This document shows positions 47,992-57,097 of a DNA stretch of 64,000 bases, in pieces. This stretch comes from a bacterium (GTDB taxonomy: Bacteria > Krumholzibacteriota > Krumholzibacteriia > LZORAL124-64-63): the NCBI GenBank assembly GCA_031441465.1, contig JANOEP010000046.1, positions 64,001 to 128,000 on the forward strand, given 5' to 3'. A model generated the notes under the pieces. That model did no database searches, was not told where the DNA came from, and saw nothing but the letters and a program-made list of their open reading frames with translations. Both the position numbers and the translations under genes were made by a program. Within the stretch, counting starts at the first letter, position 1, and every line of letters starts with the position of its first letter.

Positions 47992-49386
47992 TCAGTGCGC
48001 GGACAGGTAACGGTCGAGTTCCCACGGATGGACCTGCGAGATGTAGTCCTTCCAGACGCTTTCCTTGTGGTCGATGTAGTGGAGGAAGACGTGGTCGCCG
48101 AGCACCTCGCGCATCAGCGGATCCTTGCGGAAGAGGATCAGGGCCTCTCCCAGGTTGCCGGGCAGCTGCGTGATGCGCAGGCGGGCCTTCTCGCGATCGC
48201 TCATGATGAAGATGTTCTTGTTGACCGGCTCGCCGGCCTCGCGCTTCTCCACGATGCCGTCGAGGCCGGAGGCCAGCATCACGGCGAACGCGAGGTAGGG
48301 GTTGCAGCTGGGATCCGGCATGCGGACTTCGACGCGCGTGCCCACGCCGCGGCGGGCGGGCACCCGAGCCAGCGGCGAACGGTTGTGCTCGCTCCAGGCG
48401 ACGTTGACGGGCGCTTCGTAGCCCGGCACCAGGCGCTTGTAGGAGTTGACCAGCGGGTTGGTGATCGCCGCGAAGGCCCGCGCGTGGTGCAGGATGCCGC
48501 CGATGTACCAGCGAGCCATGTCGCTCAGCTCGTACGGCGCCTTGGGATCGTAGAACGCGTTCTCCAGCTTGCCGCGCCGGTCCTGGAACAGCGACTGGTG
48601 GACGTGCATGCCGGAGCCGTTCTCGCCGAAGATCGGCTTGGGCATGAAGGTGGCGTGCAGGTTGTAGTCCAGCGCGATCTTCTTGACGATCATCTTAAAG
48701 GTCATCACGAAATCGGCCGATTGAAGGGCGTCGGCGTACTTGAAGTCGATCTCGTGCTGGCCGGGCGCCACCTCGTGGTGGGCCGCCTCGATCTCGAAGC
48801 CGATCTTCTCGAGCACGTTGACGATGTCGCGGCGGCACTCTTCGCCCTTGTCGATGGGCAGCAGGTCGAAGTAGCCGCCCTTGTCGTGCGTCCGGACGGT
48901 CGGCTTGCCGTCTTCATCGCGCTCGAAGAGGAAGAACTCCACTTCCGGGCCGCAGACCGGGTGCAGGCCGAGCGCCGCGAAGCGCGCGATGGTGCGCCGC
49001 AGCGTCAGACGCGGGCAGCCGGAGAAGGGCGAGCGGTCGCTGTTGTAGACGTCGCAGATCAGTCGGGCCTCGCGGCCCTGGATCCCCTCGAAGGGGAAGA
49101 CCACGTAACTGTTCAGGTCGGGGACCAGCAGCATGTCCGATTCCTCGATCCGGGTGAAGCCCTCGATCGACGAACCGTCGAACATGATCTCGCCCTGCAG
49201 GGCCTTCTCGATCTGGCCCTCGGGCACTTCGACGTTTTTGTTGTGCCCGAGCACGTCGGTGAACATCAGGCGCAGGAAGCGGACCTTGTCCTTCTTCATG
49301 CGTTCGAGCAGGGCCTTGCGCTCGGTTTCCGGCGCGATGACGCCGTCGGCGAAGGGCTTCAGGAAGATGCTTTCCGTTTCGGCCAT
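47992..49386 (-). CDS. glnA: Glutamine synthetase type I
   Basis: MFDGSSIEGFTRIEESDM, GPEVEFF, HHEVAPGQHEIDF, FMPKPIFGENGSGMHVHQSL, NSYKRLVPGYEAP, EVRMPDPSCNPYL. Confidence 0.98.
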   Translation of the reverse strand: MAETESIFLKPFADGVIAPETERKALLERMKKDKVRFLRLMFTDVLGHNKNVEVPEGQIEKALQGEIMFDGSSIEGFTRIEESDMLLVPDLNSYVVFPFEGIQGREARLICDVYNSDRSPFSGCPRLTLRRTIARFAALGLHPVCGPEVEFFLFERDEDGKPTVRTHDKGGYFDLLPIDKGEECRRDIVNVLEKIGFEIEAAHHEVAPGQHEIDFKYADALQSADFVMTFKMIVKKIALDYNLHATFMPKPIFGENGSGMHVHQSLFQDRRGKLENAFYDPKAPYELSDMARWYIGGILHHARAFAAITNPLVNSYKRLVPGYEAPVNVAWSEHNRSPLARVPARRGVGTRVEVRMPDPSCNPYLAFAVMLASGLDGIVEKREAGEPVNKNIFIMSDREKARLRITQLPGNLGEALILFRKDPLMREVLGDHVFLHYIDHKESVWKDYISQVHPWELDRYLSAH

Positions 49387-49477
49387 GAGACGCTCCTTCT
49401 CTCCTCCCGGAGATGGTTTGATTCACCGACCATTGTATTGTGCCAAAGATGCGTTATTTCTGTGTCGTAGATCGGTT

Positions 49478-49486
49478 ATTATAGCA
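49478..49486 (-). promoter_or_regulatory. Extended -10 element (TGCTATAAT) upstream of glnA
   Basis: Perfect TGnTATAAT within an AT-rich intergenic island. Confidence 0.6.
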
Positions 49487-49582
49487 CCATATCGGCATAG
49501 TCCAGGATTAATTTAGCATTTTATGCATATTATTTGAGTCATTCCGCAACCAGCCCCGGGCCGGCGCCGACGCGAATCGGCG

Positions 49583-49611
49583 TCGACCGCCCCGGGGGGC
49601 CGTGCTAGCCT
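49583..49611 (+). promoter_or_regulatory. Putative promoter for the PIN-PhoH gene
   Basis: TCGACC-N17-TAGCCT with a TG extension. Confidence 0.4.
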
Positions 49612-49657
49612 TGTCCCGGCGCCCTCCCGGCGCCAGCGACGACCAAGGAGGGTCCGC

Positions 49658-50998
49658 ATGACCGCGCACGGCCTCAACGGCATCAAGATCTCCGCCATGA
49701 CCGGCTCCTGCTTCCTGCTCGACACCAACGTGCTCCTGCACGATGCGACGTCCCTGGAAGCCTTCGAGGAGCACCACATCATCCTGACCGTCGACGTCCT
49801 GGAGGAGTTGGACCGCTTCAAGCGGGAGAACGACGAGCGCGGCCGCAACGCCCGCCGCGTGATCCGGACCATCGACGAGCTGCGTCAGCGCGGACCGCTG
49901 CGCGAGGGGGTCCCCCTGCCAGGCGGCGGCAAGCTTTTCGTGCTGGTCGACAATTACACGGATCGGCTGCCGACGGGCATGGACCGCGCCATCCCCGACA
50001 ACCGCATCCTCGCGGCCGCCCTCTACCTGAGCCAGGAGGGGGTCGACGTCCGGTTCATCACCAAGGACCTCAATGCGCGCGTCAAGGGCGACGCCCTGGG
50101 TGTCCGCTCGGAGGACCTGCAGCGCAGCACGGTCAACTTCGACGAGCTGTACACGGGCTGGACCGAGGTCGACTGCTCCGGCGACGTGATCGAGCAGTTC
50201 TACGCGACGGGCGCGACCGAGGTGGCCGGCGACTTCCAACCGAACGAGGGCGTCCTGCTGCGCAACGAGACCAACCCCAAGCAGACGGCGCTGGGCATCT
50301 GGCGCGGCGTCAGCGGGCGGGTCGAGAAGCTGGTGCACGAGGAGACGCGCCCCTGGGGCCTGCAGGCGCTGAACCTGCAGCAGCACTTCGCGCTGGAACT
50401 GCTGCTGCGCGACGATATCCAGCTGGTCTCGATGCTGGGCCAGGCCGGCACCGGCAAGACCCTGCTCGCGCTGGCCGTCGGGCTGCACAAGGTGGCCGAG
50501 CAGAAGGTCTACCGCCGGATCATGGTCTCGCGGCCGATCATGCCGCTGGGGCGGGACATCGGCTACCTGCCGGGTTCCAAGGAGGAGAAGCTCGCGAGCT
50601 GGATGGAGCCGATCTTCGACAATCTCCAGTACCTGGTCGACCCGCAGATGGAGCAAGCGGGCGACAAGGTGGACTACCTGTTCGACACCGGGGTGATCGA
50701 GGTCGAGGCCGTGACCTACATCCGCGGCCGCAGTCTGCCGAAGCTGTTCATCATCATCGACGAAGCCCAGAACCTCACGCCGCACGAGATCAAGACCGTG
50801 GTCAGCCGGGCCGGGCAGGACTCGAAGGTCGTCCTGACCGGCGACGCCTACCAGATCGACAATCCCTACCTGGACGCTTCGAGCAACGGGTTGACCTACG
50901 TCGTGGAGCGTTTCAAGGGCCAGCCGATCTACGGCCACATCACGCTGGCCAAGAGCGAGCGCAGCCGCCTGGCGAGCCTCGCCGCCGAACTGCTGTAG
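49658..50998 (+). CDS. PIN-PhoH (PhoH2/YlaK-like) protein
   Basis: PIN motifs FLLDTNVLLHD, LEELD, DNRIL, ITKDLNAR; PhoH motifs GQAGTGKT, IGYLPGSKEEK, YIRGRSL, IDEAQNLT, GDAYQID. Confidence 0.94.
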   Translation: MTAHGLNGIKISAMTGSCFLLDTNVLLHDATSLEAFEEHHIILTVDVLEELDRFKRENDERGRNARRVIRTIDELRQRGPLREGVPLPGGGKLFVLVDNYTDRLPTGMDRAIPDNRILAAALYLSQEGVDVRFITKDLNARVKGDALGVRSEDLQRSTVNFDELYTGWTEVDCSGDVIEQFYATGATEVAGDFQPNEGVLLRNETNPKQTALGIWRGVSGRVEKLVHEETRPWGLQALNLQQHFALELLLRDDIQLVSMLGQAGTGKTLLALAVGLHKVAEQKVYRRIMVSRPIMPLGRDIGYLPGSKEEKLASWMEPIFDNLQYLVDPQMEQAGDKVDYLFDTGVIEVEAVTYIRGRSLPKLFIIIDEAQNLTPHEIKTVVSRAGQDSKVVLTGDAYQIDNPYLDASSNGLTYVVERFKGQPIYGHITLAKSERSRLASLAAELL

Positions 50999-51011
50999 CG
51001 GGCTCCCGCCG

Positions 51012-51806
51012 CTAACTCCCGTCCAGGGGGTGCTCGGTCAGCCACTGCCGCAGCTGCCCCAGCAGGCAGGCGTTGCAGCGCTTGACGGCCTGGGGCAACA
51101 GGCGCTGCGCGAAGTGCGCGTCGCGCCGTGAAACCGCCGGCTCCGCCACGGAGTCGTTGATCTCCCCGATGCAGTCCTGCCGCCACAATTCCTTCCCCCC
51201 GCGATCCCGCAGGACCAGCTCCACTTCCGCTTCCGCCCGCACCTGCAGCGGCACGGGCAGGGCGCCGAGGGCCGCGACCGACAGCACGAGCCCGCGCTTC
51301 AGTTTCGACGACGTGTCGTCGCCCCAGAAGAAACCGCCGACCAGCCCCACGCCGACCGGCAAGGCGTAGGCCAAGCCGTTGCGCTCCATCCGGCAGTGGA
51401 ACGAGTGGACCGTGGCCTCGAGCGTGTAGTCCGCCCGGGTCGATAACGGCACCGGCTCGGCCAGGCTGGTCTGCTCGATGTCCTGGAGCAGCGCGTCGTG
51501 GTAAAGCTCCGTGATCGGCCGGCTCCAGCTGGCGTCGTCGGGGAACGTGATGCCGACGAAGTGGCCCTGCCCCTCGCGCTGCTCGGCGGGGCGCTCGTCC
51601 GCGACCGGCAGGACCTGGATCCGCGGCAGGCGCGTCTCGGCCGGCGGGAAGATCAACGATTCGCGCGAGTAGGGGAAACCGACCGGCGAGCCGCCGCAGC
51701 CGGTCAGCAGCGGCAACAGCAACGCCAGCAAGCCCGGCCAGGCAACCGGCCGGGCCAAGGAACGGCGATCCCGAATCCGGAACGATGGCGGCGAAGTGCG
51801 GAACAT
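51012..51806 (-). CDS. Hypothetical lipoprotein
   Basis: C-terminal part of ORF 51012..52892; ATG 51806 with GGAGG RBS; lipobox LLTGC; VADERP; internal Gly-rich hydrophobic hairpin. Confidence 0.7.
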   Translation of the reverse strand: MFRTSPPSFRIRDRRSLARPVAWPGLLALLLPLLTGCGGSPVGFPYSRESLIFPPAETRLPRIQVLPVADERPAEQREGQGHFVGITFPDDASWSRPITELYHDALLQDIEQTSLAEPVPLSTRADYTLEATVHSFHCRMERNGLAYALPVGVGLVGGFFWGDDTSSKLKRGLVLSVAALGALPVPLQVRAEAEVELVLRDRGGKELWRQDCIGEINDSVAEPAVSRRDAHFAQRLLPQAVKRCNACLLGQLRQWLTEHPLDGS

Positions 51807-51961
51807 GTTCCTCCCCCAGGCTGGAGACGCCTCATCGGCAGAGTGCGGGTCATGGCGGCGAAATTGTCCCGGAGCGGCGAGGCCCCCCTTCCCGCGGCAG
51901 GAGGGACAATCCAGAGGCCACCACCGAAAATCTACATCGACGGGCGAACCGGGGCCACGAT

Positions 51962-52837
51962 TCAATCTTCCCGCAGCAGCCCGCTCCCCGCCGCGCCTTC
52001 GCGGATGATCGCGAGCATCTCGGCGTGCAGGCCCGGCGCGGCGGCCAGCACGTGGCGGCCGTGGAGCGCGTCGGCGCCGCCGTCGAGGTCGGTGACCACG
52101 GCGCCCGCCTCGCGCGCGACGAGCACGCCCGCCGCGACGTCCCAGGGCTGCAACCGGAACTCCCAGTAACCGTCGAGTCGGCCGGCGGCGACGTGGCAGA
52201 GGTCGAGTGCGGCGCTCCCCCCCCGGCGGATGTCGTGGCAGCGCCGCAGCAGGAAGTTCTTCACGAGATCGCAGTTCAGGGCGGCGACCTCGCCGCGCTC
52301 GTAGGGGAATCCGGTCGCCAGCAGGGCCCGCTCCAGCGCAACCGGCCCGGCCAGCGCGAGCGGTCGCGCGGGCTCCCCCCGCCCCGGCCGCTCGAGCGTC
52401 GCGCCGCCGCCGCGCCGGGCCAGGTAGAGTTCGTCCAGTTCGGGCGCGTAGACGGCCCCCAATTCCGGCCCGTCGGCGCCGGCGCAGCCCAGCGACACGG
52501 CGTAGAACGGGTAGCCATGGACGTAGTTCGTGGTGCCGTCCAGGGGATCGACGTGCCAGACGCGGCCGCTGACTCCGGACCGCCCGGCCCCTTCCTCGGC
52601 GCGGACGCCGTCCTGCGGGAAAACCTCGCCGAGGCGGTCGAACAGGTAGGCTTCGACGCGCCGGTCCACATCCGTCACCATGTCGGTGGCCGACTTGTAG
52701 ACGATGTCGCGACGGTGCCCGCGGCCCTCCTGCTGGATCGCGCCCGCGGCGAGCGCGATGAGCCGCAACCGGGCGGCCTCGGCAGCGAGCCGGTCGTCCC
52801 CGGCATCGGGCCGGTCGCCGCTGGGGTTCATGTCCAT
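51962..52837 (-). CDS. suhB: Inositol monophosphatase family protein
   Basis: DMVTDVD, AEE, WHVDPLDGTTNYVHG, ATGFPY, RRGGSAALDLC.VAAGRLDGYWE..LQPWDVAAG. Confidence 0.92.
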   Translation of the reverse strand: MDMNPSGDRPDAGDDRLAAEAARLRLIALAAGAIQQEGRGHRRDIVYKSATDMVTDVDRRVEAYLFDRLGEVFPQDGVRAEEGAGRSGVSGRVWHVDPLDGTTNYVHGYPFYAVSLGCAGADGPELGAVYAPELDELYLARRGGGATLERPGRGEPARPLALAGPVALERALLATGFPYERGEVAALNCDLVKNFLLRRCHDIRRGGSAALDLCHVAAGRLDGYWEFRLQPWDVAAGVLVAREAGAVVTDLDGGADALHGRHVLAAAPGLHAEMLAIIREGAAGSGLLRED

Positions 52838-52871
52838 GGTCCTCCGTTGTCGCGACGACCCGCCGGTACGG

Positions 52872-52899
52872 TTGACATCCTCGGGCCGTCAACTAGCTT
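52872..52899 (+). promoter_or_regulatory. Putative sigma70 promoter for nfu
   Basis: TTGACA-N16-TAGCTT; overlaps an inverted repeat GTTGAC-N11-GTCAAC. Confidence 0.45.
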
Positions 52900-52938
52900 G
52901 GTGGGAATCGCACCGCCCGCCTACGGAAAGGAAGCACG

Positions 52939-53157
52939 ATGGAACAGAAGATCCGCCAGGTCCTCGAAAAGGTCCGCCCCGCCCTGCAGGCCGACGGCGG
53001 CGACGTCGAGTTCATCGATTACCAGGACGGCATCGTCACGGTCCGCCTCAAGGGCGCCTGCGGCTCCTGCCCCATGTCGACCATGACGCTCAAGCACGGC
53101 ATCGAAGCCCGCCTGCGCGAAGAGATCCCCGAGGTCCGGGCCGTCGAATCCCTGTAG
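52939..53157 (+). CDS. NifU C-terminal domain (Nfu) Fe-S carrier
   Basis: VRPALQADGGDVE, LKGACGSCPMSTMTLKHGIE. Confidence 0.95.
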   Translation: MEQKIRQVLEKVRPALQADGGDVEFIDYQDGIVTVRLKGACGSCPMSTMTLKHGIEARLREEIPEVRAVESL

Positions 53158-53168
53158 CTTCCGACCGC

Positions 53169-54926
53169 TTACGGCAGGTCCCAGGTTTCGAACCCGCCGG
53201 CATCCGGCGGACGGCTCGGCACGGCGCCGGCCGTCCGCAACGCATCCCGCCAGAACACCAGGCGCGGGTCGGGGTCGCCCGCGCGCATCTCGGCCGAGGT
53301 CACACCGGCCACCCGCAACGCCGCCAGCAGTTCCCGCGGGTCCCGTTCCCCCCGCTCGCAAGCCGCCAGGTCGCGGCGAAGGTCACGCGCGCCCGGCGGC
53401 ACCCAGCCCGAGGCGCCGCCGGTCACGGCCCGGCCGGTGGCGAGCGCGCGCAGGAGCCAGGCGGCTTCCCGCGCATCTTCCCCGTACACGTCGCGCGGGG
53501 CGGGCAGGGTCAGGACGGCGCCCGCCGCCTGCGGCGACGGCGGCGTCCCCGCGTCGGGGATCGCGACCGCGGGGACTCGGGCCGGCCAGGACTCCAACAG
53601 CAGCAGGAGCACGACCAGCCCCGGCAGCAGTCGCCGCCGCCACGGCGCCCGCGCGGCGGCACCGGGCAGCGTGGACCAACCTACCGCCGCCCACCACGCC
53701 GCCGCCACCGTCGCCAATTGTCCAAATCGCCAGGCGGCCCGGAAGGCCCGGGCCGGCGGGAAGATGTCGTGCAGCAAGCCCAGGGGCAGCGGCAGGCGCC
53801 AGCCCGTGCCCGGGATCCCCACCGAATCCCCGAAGGCCAGGATGAGACCGCAGCCGCCGGCCAGCAACAGGCCGCCGCCGAACCGCCGCTGCTCCGGCGC
53901 GAGCGTGCGGCGGCGCCACCAGCCCAGACCGGCCAGCGACAGCGCGATCCAACCCGGATGCAGCACCTGGCGCGCCGCCCGCGACTCGCGCGTGGCCGCA
54001 TCCGCCCCCTGCCCCACCCAGTCGGCGGGGCCCGCACGGTGGGCTCCGGTATTGATAAGATGCTTGAGGTCAGCGCTGTACCACCTTATTTCACTGATGG
54101 TTCGCTCGTAGGTTGATTCGCGGGTCGACACCCGCACATAGGGGAAGGCTGCCAGGGCGACGGCCACGGCACAGAACAGAGCCGGCCAAGCCACCCCCCG
54201 CAGCAACCCGCGGCGGGCGTCCTGACCGGTCCCACCCCTCGCCGCCAGCACCATACCCAGCAAGCAACCAGCCGCGAGCAGCGACTCGGCGAAACCGTAC
54301 CAGCCCCAGATCGACTGCGCCGAGAGGCAGCCGGCCAGCGCCCACCAGGCCCGGCGGGGCGACAGGCCACGGCGCCGGCGAGAGGACGCCCAGGCCAGCG
54401 CCGCGGCGGCGGCGGGCACGCCCGGCGGCGGCAACTGGTTGAGGTGCCCGAGCTGGGCCAGCGTCATCGGCGCGCCGAGCAGGGCCAGCGCGGCGATCGG
54501 CGCCGCGGCCCGCGCCCCTCCCGCCGCGCGCCAGGCCCAGGCCATCGCCGCGGCGGCGAGCACGAGGCTCGTGAGCAGCGCCGCGTTGTAGCGCGCGGCG
54601 ACCGTCGGCAGCAACGCGCGCCAGGGCGCCACGGCGAGCGCCTGCCCGAGCAGGGAGTCCATGGAAGCGATGACGTCGCGTGCGGGATGGAAGATGGGGA
54701 CGTGCGGCCAGACCGTCGGCTGCCACCAGTGACGGGCGCTCCATTCGAGCAGGCCCGCCTGCAGCAGGGCGTCCACGCCGCCGTAAGGACCGGGCACCCA
54801 GCGACGCGGGTCCGGCAGCGCCGGGGCGAGCAGACCGAGGATCAGCAGCCCGACCGCCAGCCAGGCCAGCTTCGAGGCGCCGGATCGGGAGGCCGGCGGC
54901 ACGCTCGCGACGTCGGGCTGCTTCAT
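53169..54926 (-). CDS. Polytopic membrane protein, GT-C/YfhO-like
   Basis: ATG 54926; many TM helices; DALLQ..LLEW, PIFHP, HLN, RAAWRF, ESWP, GGASGW. Confidence 0.6.
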   Translation of the reverse strand: MKQPDVASVPPASRSGASKLAWLAVGLLILGLLAPALPDPRRWVPGPYGGVDALLQAGLLEWSARHWWQPTVWPHVPIFHPARDVIASMDSLLGQALAVAPWRALLPTVAARYNAALLTSLVLAAAAMAWAWRAAGGARAAAPIAALALLGAPMTLAQLGHLNQLPPPGVPAAAAALAWASSRRRRGLSPRRAWWALAGCLSAQSIWGWYGFAESLLAAGCLLGMVLAARGGTGQDARRGLLRGVAWPALFCAVAVALAAFPYVRVSTRESTYERTISEIRWYSADLKHLINTGAHRAGPADWVGQGADAATRESRAARQVLHPGWIALSLAGLGWWRRRTLAPEQRRFGGGLLLAGGCGLILAFGDSVGIPGTGWRLPLPLGLLHDIFPPARAFRAAWRFGQLATVAAAWWAAVGWSTLPGAAARAPWRRRLLPGLVVLLLLLESWPARVPAVAIPDAGTPPSPQAAGAVLTLPAPRDVYGEDAREAAWLLRALATGRAVTGGASGWVPPGARDLRRDLAACERGERDPRELLAALRVAGVTSAEMRAGDPDPRLVFWRDALRTAGAVPSRPPDAGGFETWDLP

Positions 54927-54940
54927 CGTCACCCTGCCGG

Positions 54941-56893
54941 TCAATAGCCCAGGCTGCGCAGCTGCCGTTGCAACGTCCGGTCGGGCGCCACGAGCCGGGG
55001 CTGCGGACCGGACAGACTCCGCGCGGCGAGATCGCCGGCCGCGCGGATCGAATCGACGACGGACAGCACGAACGACGCCGACGTCGGCGGCGCCCCCAGC
55101 GGCAGCACGGCAGCCGAATCGGCGGCGAGGTCGTACCATTCCGTCGGGGCGTCCGGGGACAGGATCGCGTAGTACGGCCACGCCCGCACCGCCGTCCGAG
55201 GGGGGCCGTACAGGAGGTTTTCCAGGACCGCCGGCGTGGCGGGTCCCGTCCACACCGGCGTTGCAGCGGCGGCGCCGGTGGGCCAGAGATCGGCGCGGCC
55301 GCGCAGGCTGTCCGGTCCCACCCAACCCAGCGCGGCGCACAGCGTCGGCAACAGGTCCGCGCTCGAACGGTCGCCCTCCAGGCGCCGGCCCGCGATCCCG
55401 CCGGCGGGCAGCTTGACGATGAGCGGCACGGCGCTCACTTCGGGCAGGAGGCTGTGCCCGTGTTCGAAGCCGCCGTGGTCGAAGAGTTCCTCGCCGTGGT
55501 CGGCGGTCACCACGATCAGGGTCGAATCCCAGAGACCCGCCGCGCGCAGCGCCGCGAAGAGGCGCTCGAGTTGTTGGTCGGCATACCGGACCTCACCGGC
55601 GTAGAGGTCCTTGATGGCGGCGCGCACCTCCGGGGAGAGCCCGCCGAGTCCGTCGCGCACCTCGCTCAGCTTTTCCGCCGCCAGGCCGTGCTCATTCAGC
55701 AGGGCGTGCCGGGGCAGCGGGGCCGCCGGAGCGTCGCCCGGCAAATGCCGGACGGTGTAGGGCAGGTGAGGGTCCAGCAGGTGCAGCCAGAGCAGGAACG
55801 GGCGGTCCTGCGGGCGCGACGGCAGCCAGCGCAACGCCTTGGCGACCACGTATTCCGCGGCGTCGAGTTCGACGAAGCGGTCGACCCAGTGGGTCAGTTC
55901 GCGCGCCAGCACCGAGCGCGCCGCGGGCTGCAGGGGTTCCAGCACCAGGGCATGCTCGTACTCCGCGAAGCCGCGATCGAAACCGTAGGCGCTCGTCAGG
56001 TAGGGGTTGGTCGCGAACGCGGCCGTGTGCCAGCCGTGGGACCAGGCGACCTCCGCCAGCGTCGGCGCGCCCGAGGGCAGGGGGCGGTGCCGCGCGACGT
56101 CCAGCTCCCGCGGCGAACGGCCGGTCATCAGGGTGCCCATCCCCGGCAGGGTCCAGCAGCTGCTCGACCAGTGATCCGGGTAGAGCAGCCCTTCCCCGGC
56201 CAGACGGTCGAGCCCCGGTGTGAGGTCGTCGCGGCCGACGAGCGCGCCCAGGTGGTCGCGGCGCCAGGCGTCGATGGTCACCAGGACCACGTTGGGACCG
56301 GACGGGACCGCCGTGAGCCGCGCGAGCCCACCGCACCGCTCCTCGCGGCCCTCGTCGCGCCAGTCGGGCCAGAGACTGGTGAAGACCAGCAGGAAGATCA
56401 CGGTCAGGAAAAGATTGCGGCGCGGCGTCAAGACCAGCGTTTCGGCCATCACCGTCAGCGGGCGCACCAGCAGCACGGTCAGGAGCAGGAAGAGCCCGGC
56501 CTGCAGGGCGAAACCCGCGCGCAGTTCGTGTTCCGCCCACCAGAGCGGCCACAGGTGCTCGCGCCCCGCGTAACCGGCGTAGAAGAAGACCAGCGAGGCG
56601 ACGGCCGTCGCCGTGGTCAACGCGTAGGCGCGCAGGCGCGCCTGCGGATGGCGACGCACGGCCAGGGCGTAGGGCGCGAACAGCAGGGCCGCGATCGCCA
56701 TCGCGAACCAGCTGTAAAGCGTGACCGACGGAGCGACGCTGCGCACGAAGCCGGACTCGCCGCCGCCCGCGGTCCAGCCCCCGAAGCGGGACCACTGGCT
56801 GACGCCCTCCACGAAGCCCGCCAGACCGGCCAGCACCCCCGACCACAGCAAGGCCGCGGCGTAGGCGCGCACCCACTTCCAGAGTCTCCTCAT
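54941..56893 (-). CDS. Membrane-anchored sulfatase/alkaline-phosphatase superfamily protein
   Basis: About 5 N-terminal TM helices; PNVVLVTIDAWRRDHL, WTLPGMGTLMTG, WLHLLDPHLPY, YAGEVRYAD, TADHGEE, HGHSL; ATG 56893 with GGAGG RBS. Confidence 0.88.
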   Translation of the reverse strand: MRRLWKWVRAYAAALLWSGVLAGLAGFVEGVSQWSRFGGWTAGGGESGFVRSVAPSVTLYSWFAMAIAALLFAPYALAVRRHPQARLRAYALTTATAVASLVFFYAGYAGREHLWPLWWAEHELRAGFALQAGLFLLLTVLLVRPLTVMAETLVLTPRRNLFLTVIFLLVFTSLWPDWRDEGREERCGGLARLTAVPSGPNVVLVTIDAWRRDHLGALVGRDDLTPGLDRLAGEGLLYPDHWSSSCWTLPGMGTLMTGRSPRELDVARHRPLPSGAPTLAEVAWSHGWHTAAFATNPYLTSAYGFDRGFAEYEHALVLEPLQPAARSVLARELTHWVDRFVELDAAEYVVAKALRWLPSRPQDRPFLLWLHLLDPHLPYTVRHLPGDAPAAPLPRHALLNEHGLAAEKLSEVRDGLGGLSPEVRAAIKDLYAGEVRYADQQLERLFAALRAAGLWDSTLIVVTADHGEELFDHGGFEHGHSLLPEVSAVPLIVKLPAGGIAGRRLEGDRSSADLLPTLCAALGWVGPDSLRGRADLWPTGAAAATPVWTGPATPAVLENLLYGPPRTAVRAWPYYAILSPDAPTEWYDLAADSAAVLPLGAPPTSASFVLSVVDSIRAAGDLAARSLSGPQPRLVAPDRTLQRQLRSLGY

Positions 56894-57097
56894 CGACGGT
56901 CCGTCCTCCCCGTCCGGCGCTTGGCGTCGGAACCTCCTGTTTTTAGACGCGTTTCGCCACAGGGTCAAGGAGTGCTTCGGAAGGTGGGAGTCCGGCAAAT
57001 CTCGCCGGGGGTGCGGCCGCGGCCGGAAGCGCGGGGTTGCAGGCGGGCGGGGTGATGCTATCCTCGTTCGGGATGGACCTTAACCCGAGGTGCGGCC

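Noticed and set aside
49430..49446. Sigma54 promoter for glnA (TTGGCAC)
   Set aside because: The -12 GC is missing at the required spacing (TGGCAC-N5-AATG).
49511..49540. Possible dif site (ATTTAGCATTT resembles a reversed XerD arm)
   Set aside because: Only 8/11 match, the TAA core is broken, and no XerC arm lies at 6-bp spacing.
49658..50998. PIN-PhoH as a toxin-antitoxin toxin
   Set aside because: No small antitoxin ORF is evident upstream, and stand-alone PhoH2 genes are common.
51801..51810. GAACATGTTC palindrome as a LexA box
   Set aside because: The spacer is 2 nt rather than 4, and it overlaps the start codon of a non-SOS lipoprotein gene.
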